62,262 nucleotides of DNA, filler included, from 9 parts of 9 records of this genome joined end to end with filler, not necessarily neighbours in it; one strand, 5' to 3'; numbered from the whole stretch's first letter, positions 1-10,286 are shown. Translations and numbers: made by a program. Notes: generated from the sequence alone by a model not told the origin.

Positions 1-1
1 T

Positions 2-1750
2 GGTGCAAAAAGTGTTATTAAACAAAAAGATGTATTAAATGCGATTAATGTTTTCCCTGTTGCAGATGGTGATACAGGCACAAACCTAGCATCACTAATG
101 GAGGCTATATTAAATGAAAATCCGCAGCTAAGTGATTGTGATCAACGATTACTGATGATTGCTGATCGTGCCTTAGAAGGTGCAAGAGGAAATTCAGGAA
201 TTATTTTCGCACAGTATTTAAATGGATTAATTTATGAACTTAATTTAACAAAAGATGAAATATCTACAACAGACTTACTCAATGCGATGGATCAAGCGGT
301 TAAATATGCTTATGAATCAGTCGTACAACCAGTTGAAGGTACCATGATTACCTTAATGAGAGAGTTTAGTGAAACACTAAACTATCTACATCAACAATTT
401 AAAGATCTTGTGACGCTTTTTACAAAAGCGTTTGATAAATTAAAAGATTTGTTATCAAAGACGACACAACAACTTGATGTATTAGAAAAAAATCATGTTG
501 TGGATGCAGGTGCTAAAGGATTTTATCACTTTGTTGAAGGGCAACTCATGTATCTAAAAGATGGTATCATGGATAAATTGTATCAAGATAGTTTTGATAA
601 TTCTTCAGATAACAATGAAGAAGCTCATGATGAAGAACCATTTAAAGATGGTGATTATAGATATTGTACAGAAGCTTTATTAACAGGAGAACAATTATCT
701 CCAAAGGATATTAAAATAGCACTTCATGATTTAGGTAATTCTATGGTCGTTGCAGGTAATCCTTATAAAGTAAGGGTGCATATCCATACCAATGAGCCAC
801 AAGTTGTTTTTATGAGATTGAAAACATTTGGGCATATTGAATTTCAAAAAGTTGATGATATGAAACGTCAACATGAAATTAAAAACGCAAGAAAATATGA
901 TACGGTCATTGTCACTGATTCAATTGCAGATTTACCACAATCACTTATTGATAAATACCAAATTCAACAAATGCCAATTGTTTTGACCATTGATGGTGTT
1001 GATTATTTTGATAAATTAACAATGACTGCTGAAAGTTTTTATGAATCAATGGATCATGCACGTGTTTATCCAAAGACAACTCAACCTAATCTAAAAAAAG
1101 CTAAAAACTTTTTATCTTATCTATCTACATACTATAAAAAGATTATTGTGATAAGTGTTTCATCGAAAATGAGTGGGACGTATAATGTATATGTGCAAGC
1201 TGCTAAAACTCTAGATGAAAGCATTAATATCGAAGTCATTGACTCTAAACAAAACTCAGGTGCCGAAGGCCTACTTGTCTTAAAGGCAGCAGAACTACTT
1301 GAACAAGGTGTTCCATTTGAAACAATCGTTTCAAAAATTAAGGACCTTCGTTCTAAATCTAAAATTTTAGTTCGCGTTAAAACTTTGAAGTATATGGTGA
1401 GAGGTGGTCGCGTCTCAAAAGTGACAGGTTTTATCGGTAAACTGATAAACTTAAAACCTGTTGTTTCTATTGATGACGAGGGGAATGGTATGATTTACGC
1501 AAAAGGATTCTCACTTGGCATGTCAACAAAAACCATTTTTAATCATATGAAAAAAGTCATCGCAGACAAAGGCATTGAAAAATATGCGATTGTATATGCT
1601 AAAAGAGATGAAGAAGTAAATAAATTTATAGCACAAGCAAAACAAATCACAGGTATGGATCCTGTGTATGAAATGGATATTTCAGCAGTAGTAGCCATGC
1701 ATGCTGGTATTGGTACAGTTGCTATTGCCTATATAGAAAATAACGCTTAA
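2..1750 (+). CDS. DAK2 (FakA-like) / DegV (FakB-like) fusion protein, 5' truncated by the window edge
   Basis: Frame is open from base 2 (..LNAINVFPVADGDTGTNL.., DAK2 motif). ARGNSG and VDAGAKG motifs follow, then a C-terminal DegV domain (IVTDSIADLP, SSKMSGTY, GGRVS, HAGIGTVAI). Confidence 0.9.
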   Translation, partial: GAKSVIKQKDVLNAINVFPVADGDTGTNLASLMEAILNENPQLSDCDQRLLMIADRALEGARGNSGIIFAQYLNGLIYELNLTKDEISTTDLLNAMDQAVKYAYESVVQPVEGTMITLMREFSETLNYLHQQFKDLVTLFTKAFDKLKDLLSKTTQQLDVLEKNHVVDAGAKGFYHFVEGQLMYLKDGIMDKLYQDSFDNSSDNNEEAHDEEPFKDGDYRYCTEALLTGEQLSPKDIKIALHDLGNSMVVAGNPYKVRVHIHTNEPQVVFMRLKTFGHIEFQKVDDMKRQHEIKNARKYDTVIVTDSIADLPQSLIDKYQIQQMPIVLTIDGVDYFDKLTMTAESFYESMDHARVYPKTTQPNLKKAKNFLSYLSTYYKKIIVISVSSKMSGTYNVYVQAAKTLDESINIEVIDSKQNSGAEGLLVLKAAELLEQGVPFETIVSKIKDLRSKSKILVRVKTLKYMVRGGRVSKVTGFIGKLINLKPVVSIDDEGNGMIYAKGFSLGMSTKTIFNHMKKVIADKGIEKYAIVYAKRDEEVNKFIAQAKQITGMDPVYEMDISAVVAMHAGIGTVAIAYIENNA

Positions 1751-1757
1751 AGGAAGG

Positions 1758-2639
1758 TTGATTTTTATGGATAAAAAAAGATTAGTGATTTACCCTATAC
1801 TATTTTTAATTACATTTTTAATTGCCTCTAGAGGGTTTAGAATCAGTTTTACAGATAGTTTGTTATTGCCTTACCTTGTAACACTCGGCTTTTTCACTGT
1901 TTTATTCTTTATTGCTCAACTGATTAAAGATAATTCAATTGTTGATATGTTTTGGGGATCAGGCTTTGTGATTGGAAGTATAACTACGCTACTTGCTACA
2001 CCTTCACCAACATTATTGTCATATGTAATCACCGCATTTATTTTTATTTGGGGTGTCAGATTATCATATAGAATTATAAAGAGAAACTGGGGAAAACCAG
2101 AAGATTTCAGATATCAAAATTGGCGTAAAGAATGGGGTAAGCATGCAGTTGTCCTTGCTTTCTTTAGAGTATTTATGATTCAAGCTTTAATTAATTTTAC
2201 TGTTGGTTCTGCAAGTTATATCGCCATTAGATATAATCAGTTCTCATTTGATGAACCACTCTTGCTCGCTATTGTAATTCTAGGACTACTGATATCACTT
2301 ACTGGATTGTTTTTTGAGGTTGTTGGTGATGAACAATTAAGAAGACATATTCAAAAAGGTGAACGTAAACTGATGAAAACAGGATTGTGGTCAATGACTA
2401 GACATCCAAATTATTTTGGTGAAATTCTCATTTGGTCAGGTCTATATATCGCTGGTATTGCTACAGCTTCAATCGTTGGTTATGTATATTATGGACTGTT
2501 AATTGTTTCACCAATCATTATGAGTGCTGTACTCATAAAGATCTCAACGCCACTTTTAGAAAAACATATGTCAAAATATGATGGATGGGATACATATACA
2601 AAAGAAACGCCAATGATATTCCCATGGGCAAAGAAGTAG
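1758..2639 (+). CDS. DUF1295 / steroid 5-alpha-reductase-like membrane protein
   Basis: DNSIVDMFWG, GKPEDFRY, GLWSMTRHPNYFGE motifs; multiple TM segments. Confidence 0.85.
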   Translation: MIFMDKKRLVIYPILFLITFLIASRGFRISFTDSLLLPYLVTLGFFTVLFFIAQLIKDNSIVDMFWGSGFVIGSITTLLATPSPTLLSYVITAFIFIWGVRLSYRIIKRNWGKPEDFRYQNWRKEWGKHAVVLAFFRVFMIQALINFTVGSASYIAIRYNQFSFDEPLLLAIVILGLLISLTGLFFEVVGDEQLRRHIQKGERKLMKTGLWSMTRHPNYFGEILIWSGLYIAGIATASIVGYVYYGLLIVSPIIMSAVLIKISTPLLEKHMSKYDGWDTYTKETPMIFPWAKK

Positions 2640-2642
2640 CCT

Positions 2643-2846
2643 ATGAATGATTTTTGGGGTGTTGTGGTAGCGTTGATTGGTTTATTCTTGTTTTTAAGTG
2701 GGTTTAATAAGAGTGAAAACGCAGTTTATAAATTATTAGCTGCAAGGTCTAGATTGCTTTGGAAGGATCATGTCCACACATTTTATGTATTTGTGGGACT
2801 CATACTCATGGCAGTAAGTATGTTGTTTTTCTTCAACATATTCTAG
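2643..2846 (+). CDS. small 2-TM hypothetical membrane protein
   Basis: 67-aa ORF 3 nt after the previous stop; two hydrophobic helices. Confidence 0.65.
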   Translation: MNDFWGVVVALIGLFLFLSGFNKSENAVYKLLAARSRLLWKDHVHTFYVFVGLILMAVSMLFFFNIF

Positions 2847-2874
2847 ATTAGATGAAATCATATAAAGCATTCGT

Positions 2875-2903
2875 AAAGTCTAAGGAAACTTAGACTTTTT
2901 TTT
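2875..2903 (+). terminator. Rho-independent terminator
   Basis: AAAGTCTAAG-GAAA-CTTAGACTTT perfect stem followed by a T-run. Confidence 0.85.
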
Positions 2904-2923
2904 ACTTTAAAAGACAATATGAA

Positions 2924-2988
2924 TTGACAAACTATGTAGAGAGTGTTACTATATAGATAAATATCAATATAGATAAACGTCTATATAG
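2924..2988 (+). promoter_or_regulatory. sigma70 promoter of the ars operon with overlapping putative ArsR operator
   Basis: TTGACA (2924-2929), 17 bp, TACTAT (2947-2952) with TGn extension. It is followed by ATATAGATAAA repeated twice and the imperfect palindrome TATAGATAAACGTCTATA. Confidence 0.75.
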
Positions 2989-3002
2989 AACGAGGTAAGT
3001 AT

Positions 3003-3293
3003 ATGAATAAGGAAATTGCAACATATTTCAAGGTGTTTTCTGATCCGACACGATTAGAAATCATTGAATTATTATTAAAAGGAGAGACTTGTGGATGTAC
3101 ACTTATTGATAAGTTAACCATATCACAACCCACGCTTTCCTATCATTTAAAAACCATTACGAAAGCTGGTCTTGCAACCGCAAAAAAAGAAGGTAATTGG
3201 ATTAAATATTATATTGATAGAGAAAAAATTAAAGAAATGATTGGGTTCTTAAAAGAACTCAAGGAGGTAAAAGAAACATCATGCAGTTTATAA
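3003..3293 (+). CDS. arsR: ArsR/SmtB family transcriptional repressor
   Basis: FKVFSDPTRLEII, ETCGC metal site, SQPTLSYHLK HTH; heads the ars operon. Confidence 0.9.
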   Translation: MNKEIATYFKVFSDPTRLEIIELLLKGETCGCTLIDKLTISQPTLSYHLKTITKAGLATAKKEGNWIKYYIDREKIKEMIGFLKELKEVKETSCSL

Positions 3294-4300
3294 AAGACAT
3301 ATTTATTTGGTTAAATGACGTATTACTAAAAATGACATGGCTTGAATCAATTGTTGAATCGTTGATTAAAGGTATAGGTATAGATGAGACAAGTTATGTT
3401 TACGAGGCTTTGACATTTTTCTTTTATGATGTTGTCAAAATATTTATTTTATTATCAGTGCTCATATATATATCATCATATATACAATCACATTTCACAC
3501 CAGAAAAAACTAAAAAAATATTATCAAGATTTAATGGTCTAACAGGTAATATTATTGGTGCTTTACTTGGTACGGTGACGCCGTTTTGCTCATGTTCATC
3601 AATTCCTATCTTTATAGGATTTACTAAAGCAGGACTACCTATTGGGGTTACATTTTCATTCCTGATATCTTCACCACTTGTCGATCTTGCATCTGTGATC
3701 TTACTTGCAAGTATATTCGGGTGGCCGGTTGCAATTGCTTATGTCGTACTTGGACTAATTATTGCGGTGATTGGTGGTACATTAATTGATAAATTTAAAA
3801 TGGATCGCTATGTCGAAGATTTTGTAAAAGAAGGTCCATTATTAAAAGAAGATGTTGATCTTGAAGAAATGACAAGAAAAGAAAGACATCAATATGCAGT
3901 TGAACAGGTCAAAGAAATTATTTCTAAAGTATGGCTATATATACTCATTGGAGTTGGTATAGGTGCGACCATTCATGGGTTTATTCCACAAAATATCATT
4001 GAAGCAGTCTTAGGTGATAACAATCCATTTTCAGTTTTAATCGCGACTGTTATTGGTGTACCGATGTATGCAGATATATTTGGCACATTACCTATTGCTG
4101 AAGCACTTGTATTAAAAGGTGTCGGTATCGGTACAGTACTATCATTTATGATGGCAGTTACAGCACTAAGTCTACCATCACTTGTTTTACTTAAAAAGGT
4201 TGTTAAACCTAAATTACTTATGTTTTTTATGACAGTTGTTATTGTTGGTATCATATTGACAGGTTATTTGTTTAATATGTTCTCATATTTATTAATTTAA
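3281..4300 (+). CDS. DUF318 / ArsP-like permease
   Basis: TPFCSCSSIP and GVPMYADIFG motifs; multiple TM segments; within the ars operon. Confidence 0.85.
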   Translation: MQFIKDIFIWLNDVLLKMTWLESIVESLIKGIGIDETSYVYEALTFFFYDVVKIFILLSVLIYISSYIQSHFTPEKTKKILSRFNGLTGNIIGALLGTVTPFCSCSSIPIFIGFTKAGLPIGVTFSFLISSPLVDLASVILLASIFGWPVAIAYVVLGLIIAVIGGTLIDKFKMDRYVEDFVKEGPLLKEDVDLEEMTRKERHQYAVEQVKEIISKVWLYILIGVGIGATIHGFIPQNIIEAVLGDNNPFSVLIATVIGVPMYADIFGTLPIAEALVLKGVGIGTVLSFMMAVTALSLPSLVLLKKVVKPKLLMFFMTVVIVGIILTGYLFNMFSYLLI

Positions 4301-4318
4301 GAAAGGAGAGAATAAAAC

Positions 4319-4549
4319 ATGGAAATAAAAGTATTGGGTACAGGTTGCCCTAAATGTAAACTTTTAGAAAGTAATGTATCAAAAGCATTGTCTTCACTAG
4401 GCATAGATGCTAAAGTTGAAAAGGTAACAGAAGTCAAAGACATTATTGCATATGGTGTCATGAGTACACCAGCATTAGTTGTAGATGGTAAAGTATTGTT
4501 TGCTGGTAGAGTTCCAAGTGAGAATCAATTAGAATCATTATTAAAATAA
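4319..4549 (+). CDS. small redox-active disulfide (thioredoxin-like) protein
   Basis: IKVLGTGCPKC (CxxC), YGVMSTPALVVDG. Confidence 0.88.
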   Translation: MEIKVLGTGCPKCKLLESNVSKALSSLGIDAKVEKVTEVKDIIAYGVMSTPALVVDGKVLFAGRVPSENQLESLLK

Positions 4550-4600
4550 TAAATACATCACATGAGAGGAGACGTATTTGCGTGCAAATACAATAAAACA

Positions 4601-5008
4601 ATGAAAAAAGTAGCTTTTGTATGTACACACAATAGTTGTAGGTCTATTATGGCAGAAGGATGGGCAATGCATTTAGGTGCTGATGTCATTGATGCATATT
4701 CAGCGGGAACAGAAAATTATCCTGGTCCTAAAGCATTAGCCATGGAAGTGATGCTTGATGCAGGTGTCAATATGGATCATGCATCAAGTAAATTACTTGA
4801 TGATATTCCAGGTGAATTTGACATATTGATCACGATGGGATGCGGTGTTGAATGTCCGTTTGTACCTTGTGACTATAGAGAAGATTGGGGTCTTGATGAT
4901 CCTAGTGGTGGACCTAAATCAGATTTTGAAAACACAAGAGATATCATTAAAGGCAAAGTTTTAGATCTTATTGATCGTATTCAAAAAGGTGAGTTTGATG
5001 GAAAATAA
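4601..5008 (+). CDS. arsC: arsenate reductase, LMW-PTP/thioredoxin-coupled type (likely start ATG 4601)
   Basis: FVCTHNSCRS P-loop, ITMGCG...CP, DWGLDDPSG. Confidence 0.88.
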   Translation: MKKVAFVCTHNSCRSIMAEGWAMHLGADVIDAYSAGTENYPGPKALAMEVMLDAGVNMDHASSKLLDDIPGEFDILITMGCGVECPFVPCDYREDWGLDDPSGGPKSDFENTRDIIKGKVLDLIDRIQKGEFDGK

Positions 5009-6047
5009 GAAGAGTCAAATGAGTGTTTTTGATAAATATTTGACAGTATTTGTACTTTTATGTATGGTCGTTGGTATACTGATTGGCACATACTTATCCT
5101 TTATTCCTGAATTTTTATCAAAGTTTGAAGTTTATAATGTCAATATTCCTATTGGTATACTCATATGGATTATGATTTATCCCATGATGTTAAAAATAGA
5201 TTTCACATCAGTTAAAAATGTTGGAAAGAATCCAAAAGGATTATATCTTACATGGATAGTTAACTGGTTAATTAAACCATTTACAATGTTTTTAATTGCA
5301 AGTCTATTCTTCTTTGTAATTTTTAAATCAGTGATTCCAAATGATCTTGCAAACGATTACCTAGCTGGTGCAGTATTGCTTGGTGCAGCACCTTGTACAG
5401 CCATGGTATTTGTATGGAGTAGTTTGACAAGAGGCAATCCAGCATATACTTTAGTACAGGTTGCAACCAATGATTTAATCATTCTTATTTTATTTGTTCC
5501 TATTGTTGGATTATTATTAGGTGTTGGTGGTATTACAGTACCTTGGGGAACATTATTCTTATCAGTGGTTTTATTTGTTGTTGTCCCACTCGTGGCAGCA
5601 TCGCTTACAAGATATTTTCTTGTTAAAAACAAGAGTCTAACATATTACAATGAAACATTTATTCCTAAGTTCTCAAAAATCACTGTCATTGGCCTATTAT
5701 TAACATTAATATTAATATTCTCACTACAAAGTGATTATATTATTGATAATCCTCTACATATTGTTTTAATTAGTGTTCCACTGATTATACAAACATTTAT
5801 GATATTCTTTATCGCATATTTTGGCGCTAAATTTATTAAATTACCTCATGATGTAGCAGCTCCTGCCGGCATGATTGGTGCAAGCAATTTCTTTGAATTA
5901 GCTGTTGCAGTTGCATTAGCGTTATTCCCTTTAAATCCTGGTGTTGCACTTGTCACCATTGTGGGTGTACTTGTTGAAGTACCTGTGATGCTGATGTTAG
6001 TGAAAATTGCCAATAAAACGACACATTGGTTTAAAACTGAATCATAA
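4998..6047 (+). CDS. acr3: ACR3-family arsenite efflux transporter (likely start ATG 4998)
   Basis: MIYPMM, NWLIKPFTM, GAAPCTAMVFVWS, GASNFFELAVAVA, GVLVEVPVML. Confidence 0.93.
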   Translation: MENKKSQMSVFDKYLTVFVLLCMVVGILIGTYLSFIPEFLSKFEVYNVNIPIGILIWIMIYPMMLKIDFTSVKNVGKNPKGLYLTWIVNWLIKPFTMFLIASLFFFVIFKSVIPNDLANDYLAGAVLLGAAPCTAMVFVWSSLTRGNPAYTLVQVATNDLIILILFVPIVGLLLGVGGITVPWGTLFLSVVLFVVVPLVAASLTRYFLVKNKSLTYYNETFIPKFSKITVIGLLLTLILIFSLQSDYIIDNPLHIVLISVPLIIQTFMIFFIAYFGAKFIKLPHDVAAPAGMIGASNFFELAVAVALALFPLNPGVALVTIVGVLVEVPVMLMLVKIANKTTHWFKTES

Positions 6048-6058
6048 ATACCAGAAAA

Positions 6059-6158
6059 NNNNNNNNNNNNNNNNNNNNNNNNNNNNNNNNNNNNNNNNNN
6101 NNTTAATTAATTAANNNNNNNNNNNNNNNNNNNNNNNNNNNNNNNNNNNNNNNNNNNN
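6059..6158. other. artificial contig spacer (N44-TTAATTAATTAA-N44)
   Basis: Six-frame stop linker inside N runs; the same linker recurs eight times in the window. Confidence 0.98.
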
Positions 6159-6187
6159 TTTTTTGACCATTTAATCGCTAAAGCCAT
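6159..6187 (-). CDS. N-terminal fragment of a probable RelE/ParE-family toxin (truncated by contig end)
   Basis: ATG overlaps the end of the upstream 80-aa gene; reads MALAIKWSK, resembling RelE/ParE N-termini; only 9 codons visible. Confidence 0.4.
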
Positions 6188-6420
6188 TTTTTATACTTCT
6201 CTTTCATTTTTGAATGAGGAATTAAATTCTCTTCGTTTCTAGATTCTAATTCGATATTCAATATTTCGTCTTTTTCGCTTTGGGATAATCGATCCCATAA
6301 GTCTCCATTTTTTGATTCTTTCATTTTTGAAATTAATTCGAGAAACCTAGTCAATAGCTTTTCATTCTCAATTTCATCAATTATTTTATGGAGATTAGAT
6401 TTTAACTCTATTGCTGTCAT
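6178..6420 (-). CDS. putative addiction-module antitoxin
   Basis: 80-aa helical protein (ELKSNLHKIIDEIENEKLL...LIPHSKMKEKYKKWL) overlapping a downstream ORF start. Confidence 0.55.
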   Translation of the reverse strand: MTAIELKSNLHKIIDEIENEKLLTRFLELISKMKESKNGDLWDRLSQSEKDEILNIELESRNEENLIPHSKMKEKYKKWL

Positions 6421-6498
6421 ATAAAAAACTTTTAAACAAAGTTATAAAAACAGATACCAAATATGCGTTAAATACCTCTATCCACTAACATATTAATC

Positions 6499-7212
6499 TT
6501 ATTCTATCGTTATTGGTATCACATCTGATAATTCAATAAGAGTAGATAATTCAATTTCTCCATAAGAAAACTTAAGTGGGTAATATTCAAAATAATTCGC
6601 CTGATAGAGCTTAAGATAAAATGTATTAACATTTTGATTTAAATCATCCAAATCAAATATAGCTATTGCGACACGTGGCCAGTATGTATTATAATCTTCA
6701 CCAGTACTTGCCTCAACTAAGTCATAATTATCTTTTGACACATTTGAACTATCGTTTAGGTACGCGTAAACACAAAAATTGTATAAGGAATCCAGATCAG
6801 CGTCGATTCTAATTTGTTTATTCTGGATATCGTAAGTTGAATTTACTGTTAAAAGTTTAAGTTCAGGAAGTTCATACATTTTATACTTGCCAATAAAAGC
6901 TGGTTCGTTGGTTCCAAAATATGGTTCGATTTTAGTCTCAAAATTACCATACCCAGTTTTACTTGCACTAAACTCAATATGCTCTCCAGCATCAAGTCCC
7001 TCTAATATAAATTTTCCATATTCGTCCGTTGAACTCATAATATTTTCATATGCTGATATTTTTATTCCAGAATTATTAAATGAAATTTTGTTGCGATTAT
7101 CAACCAAATTCATAAAACCTGTAATATCGACTTTTGGTTGTTCAATTGTTTCTTCTGTGCATGAATAAAATGACAAAACAATTAATGTGATAAACAATAC
7201 TTTATCTTTCAT
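6499..7212 (-). CDS. lipoprotein with carboxypeptidase-regulatory-like (prealbumin-fold) domain
   Basis: Likely start MKDKVLF; lipobox FYSC; TDEYGKF..L, ASKTGYG motifs. Confidence 0.65.
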   Translation of the reverse strand: MKDKVLFITLIVLSFYSCTEETIEQPKVDITGFMNLVDNRNKISFNNSGIKISAYENIMSSTDEYGKFILEGLDAGEHIEFSASKTGYGNFETKIEPYFGTNEPAFIGKYKMYELPELKLLTVNSTYDIQNKQIRIDADLDSLYNFCVYAYLNDSSNVSKDNYDLVEASTGEDYNTYWPRVAIAIFDLDDLNQNVNTFYLKLYQANYFEYYPLKFSYGEIELSTLIELSDVIPITIE

Positions 7213-7213
7213 T

Positions 7214-8011
7214 TTACAAATCACTGTTGGGAATTTTGATTTTAATAACATTTGAAGAAGATTTTGATATATTAGTGTAAACCTTACATCCAGTATTTAT
7301 ATCGTAATAATAGTATGCGTTATCTCTCGATACAGTGTTTATTGTTAAGTACAATGGTTTTATGTCTTGAAAATCTGCAAGTACATTTTCAAAAAAATAC
7401 CCTAGAGAAAAACTTGAATCTAAGTCATTTTCATAAACATGATGCTCTATTAACCCGGAAATTAAATAATCTGTAGATGAAACATCTTCTTTGTTGCTAA
7501 CAAAATATCTTGAAATAATTTCAAATGCATAATTGTTTTCTGTTGAAAATATATAGCTTGTATCAAGATTTTTAAAATCTTCGGAATCAATTTTACCAAA
7601 TAATTCAATAGAACCATATTTCGTGGAATCATAAGATATTTCTTTAATTTCATAGTTCGGCGTTTTTGTCATTCTTCTAGTCCAATAATATGTTGGAACT
7701 TCTCCGGCGACATATTGGTAGCCATAATCTTTTACCGCGCCATAACCGTCCTTTGTATATTCAACGGAATATATATCAGTTTTAACACTTTCAATCCGGA
7801 AGTTTCCATTAATATCAGTTACAGCTTGATGTTCTGTTCCCTGTAAATTTATATTCACACCTTCCAATGGATTCTGATCCGAATCAATAATATTCCCAAT
7901 TAAAACTCCTTCTTTGATTTCAAATTCCTTATAAATTTCTTTTTTGCAGGACGAAACCACTAATAGCAAAAATAAAAATACAATAGGATTAAAATGATTT
8001 TTAAAATTCAT
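7214..8011 (-). CDS. lipoprotein with carboxypeptidase-regulatory-like domain
   Basis: Lipobox VSSC; G.IIDSDQNPLEGVNI, TDINGNFRI, YTKDGYG. Confidence 0.7.
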   Translation of the reverse strand: MNFKNHFNPIVFLFLLLVVSSCKKEIYKEFEIKEGVLIGNIIDSDQNPLEGVNINLQGTEHQAVTDINGNFRIESVKTDIYSVEYTKDGYGAVKDYGYQYVAGEVPTYYWTRRMTKTPNYEIKEISYDSTKYGSIELFGKIDSEDFKNLDTSYIFSTENNYAFEIISRYFVSNKEDVSSTDYLISGLIEHHVYENDLDSSFSLGYFFENVLADFQDIKPLYLTINTVSRDNAYYYYDINTGCKVYTNISKSSSNVIKIKIPNSDL

Positions 8012-8024
8012 CTAATTTTTTGAA

Positions 8025-8762
8025 TTATTCAGTAAATATTAGTTCTTTAATCTCAGATAGATCCCCAAAACCTTGTCTTTTAGTCTCCTGATCCTCAAAA
8101 TCATATTGAAATCTATAACTATGTACACCACATAGGGCAATATATTTCATATTCTTCCTTTGATTTTCACTTACATATGTTTTAAAACTAAATAATTTAT
8201 CATCTACTTCTGAAAGTCGGTTAATGGGATACAAAAGTTTTGCTGAATTAACAGTCATATTAGGCACTTTACTATATAGAACAGCAATTTTGGGCCAATG
8301 ATATGGGTATTGAACATCGAGCATATTGTGAGACAAAGTTCCATCAATGTAAAGTGTATCATTCTTTAAGTTTACATCATAATTTTCGACAATTATTGAA
8401 GATTTTTGATATAACTCCAAACGTGTAGAAATTGGTTCTGATGAACCAATAAATGTGAAACTTTTACTAAAAGCCGTATCAAACCCTTCTTTCGTAGCAT
8501 AAATATTATAAACACCAATAGGTAAATTTTTGAAGTAACAATAACGGCTCGTATCTGTGTATTCAAGCCTTAATGGATTAGTTCCTTCCATCTCAACTTT
8601 AACCTCTCCATAATTTGGACTTTCATTTGGATTCTCATAATACTCCCAGATAAATATGCTTAGATCTCCTTTTTTCTCTATTAATTGAGTTTCTTTTTTC
8701 TCGCAAGAATTAGTTAATAATAGAAGTAAAAGAATTTCAACTATGAAAATTAATTTTCCCAT
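8025..8762 (-). CDS. lipoprotein, distant paralog of the two downstream genes
   Basis: Lipobox TNSC; FKNLPIGVYNIYATKEGF. Confidence 0.65.
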   Translation of the reverse strand: MGKLIFIVEILLLLLLTNSCEKKETQLIEKKGDLSIFIWEYYENPNESPNYGEVKVEMEGTNPLRLEYTDTSRYCYFKNLPIGVYNIYATKEGFDTAFSKSFTFIGSSEPISTRLELYQKSSIIVENYDVNLKNDTLYIDGTLSHNMLDVQYPYHWPKIAVLYSKVPNMTVNSAKLLYPINRLSEVDDKLFSFKTYVSENQRKNMKYIALCGVHSYRFQYDFEDQETKRQGFGDLSEIKELIFTE

Positions 8763-8926
8763 ATTCTCTTATCGATTTTTCATTAATATACGCACTGGCT
8801 CCCTTCAAATATATTGATCAAAAGCTGTTAATATTCCATATAATCTGGATGGAATTGCTTTTTGAAGTTATTTTCTCCAATTGATAAGTTATTTGCCATT
8901 TCAGATTTTAAGGATTAAGAAGGCGG

Positions 8927-9541
8927 CTATAATACAACAATAAATCCTATCCCCAATCCAAATCCACCATTTATACTTTTATAGTTATTATCGTTATCTT
9001 CTTTCGGTTTAACAGATACTGAAGCATAACCGAGTTCAAAATCCATTGCAACTTTTTCATTTAGAAAAACACTAACTCCTCCACCAATTTCATATAAAAA
9101 CATGCTTGCTGTCATTTCATCGGGTGTTCCATATCCTGCATCATAATTTGCTTTTGCATTTCCGACTCCGAATTCTCCAAACAAAAAAGGCTTGGTGCTA
9201 GCTGTACCAAAATAATATTTTAAGAATGGGGCAAACGCAAACGAAGTTGAACTATACTCGCTATCATCCTCATAAATTTGCGATTCAAACAAAATAGGCA
9301 CTTCAATTCCAAGAGCTATATTATCAGCGGTAAAAAATCCTATTTGTGGTGAAAACTCAAATTCTTTTGATTTTCCAGCCTCTCCATTATCATTATCGGT
9401 TTCCCATTTAGAATTAAATGACACAAAATTCAATTTTGTATCGCCTCCCAAAAACACATTACCTTTTTCAGTCTGTGCAGACAAATTATAAGACAGACAT
9501 AAGCTAACCATTAGAATTGAAAAAATTTTAAAATAATTCAT
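8927..9541 (-). CDS. outer-membrane beta-barrel protein
   Basis: Signal peptide, AQTEKGNVFLGG N-terminus, alternating beta strands, C-terminal GFGLGIGFIVVL; likely start ATG 9541. Confidence 0.8.
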   Translation of the reverse strand: MNYFKIFSILMVSLCLSYNLSAQTEKGNVFLGGDTKLNFVSFNSKWETDNDNGEAGKSKEFEFSPQIGFFTADNIALGIEVPILFESQIYEDDSEYSSTSFAFAPFLKYYFGTASTKPFLFGEFGVGNAKANYDAGYGTPDEMTASMFLYEIGGGVSVFLNEKVAMDFELGYASVSVKPKEDNDNNYKSINGGFGLGIGFIVVL

Positions 9542-9818
9542 GATAAAAATTAATATTTGATAATTCAATTTACTTGCAGTATTAATTAGGTGAGTTAAAA
9601 TTCAGGCTAAGCTCTTCAATTAAACATCTATATGAATTATTATATAGTTTTAATTGCTTTCCGTTTGAATAATAAAAGAAAAAAATTGCTAATATTTGAA
9701 GATAAGAATGTGTGTTTGGTATCATTATTAAATTAAGTTTACCCTAAAATAATGATTAAAAATTTATCTGAAAAGAAAAAAATAAAATTTTTTACATAAA
9801 AATCTGCAAATAAATCTA

Positions 9819-10286
9819 TTAATGCTCAAATAGTATCCTATAAATCCCTCTAATGCTATCTACCTCATAATCTGAATCATCAATTCTTATTTCATTATAT
9901 CTTGTAAAAGAACAACATTCTTCATTAATGCGTTCGGCATCAACATAAAACCCGAAAATCTCTTGATCTGATATTTTCACAGATATATCAACTTCCTCAG
10001 ACTGCCAACCAATTGAGTGAATTTGTATTGCATTCAAGTCATTTTCGTCAATAAAAGTGTAATCAACAGTATTGTTGTCATTCTCGTTTATAATAGTAAT
10101 GTGTGCCGATTCAAAAGTTCCATTTGTAAATAGATTTTCGTCTGTCTGCTTATCAACTATCTCAAACATAAATGGTAATGGTGGAGTGAAACATTCTCCA
10201 CAATTTTTATTTTTTTCACAGCCACAATTAATAAAAACCAGTCCAATTAGGACATATCTAATTAATTTATGTATTACTCTTCGCAT
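9819..10286 (-). CDS. hypothetical Cys-containing lipoprotein
   Basis: Signal with CGC lipobox, CGECFTPP, ECCS. Confidence 0.65.
   Translation of the reverse strand: MRRVIHKLIRYVLIGLVFINCGCEKNKNCGECFTPPLPFMFEIVDKQTDENLFTNGTFESAHITIINENDNNTVDYTFIDENDLNAIQIHSIGWQSEEVDISVKISDQEIFGFYVDAERINEECCSFTRYNEIRIDDSDYEVDSIRGIYRILFEH

Noticed and set aside
3003-6047. ars operon as a novel system
   Set aside because: ArsR, DUF318 permease, thioredoxin-like protein, ArsC and Acr3 form a well-known arrangement.
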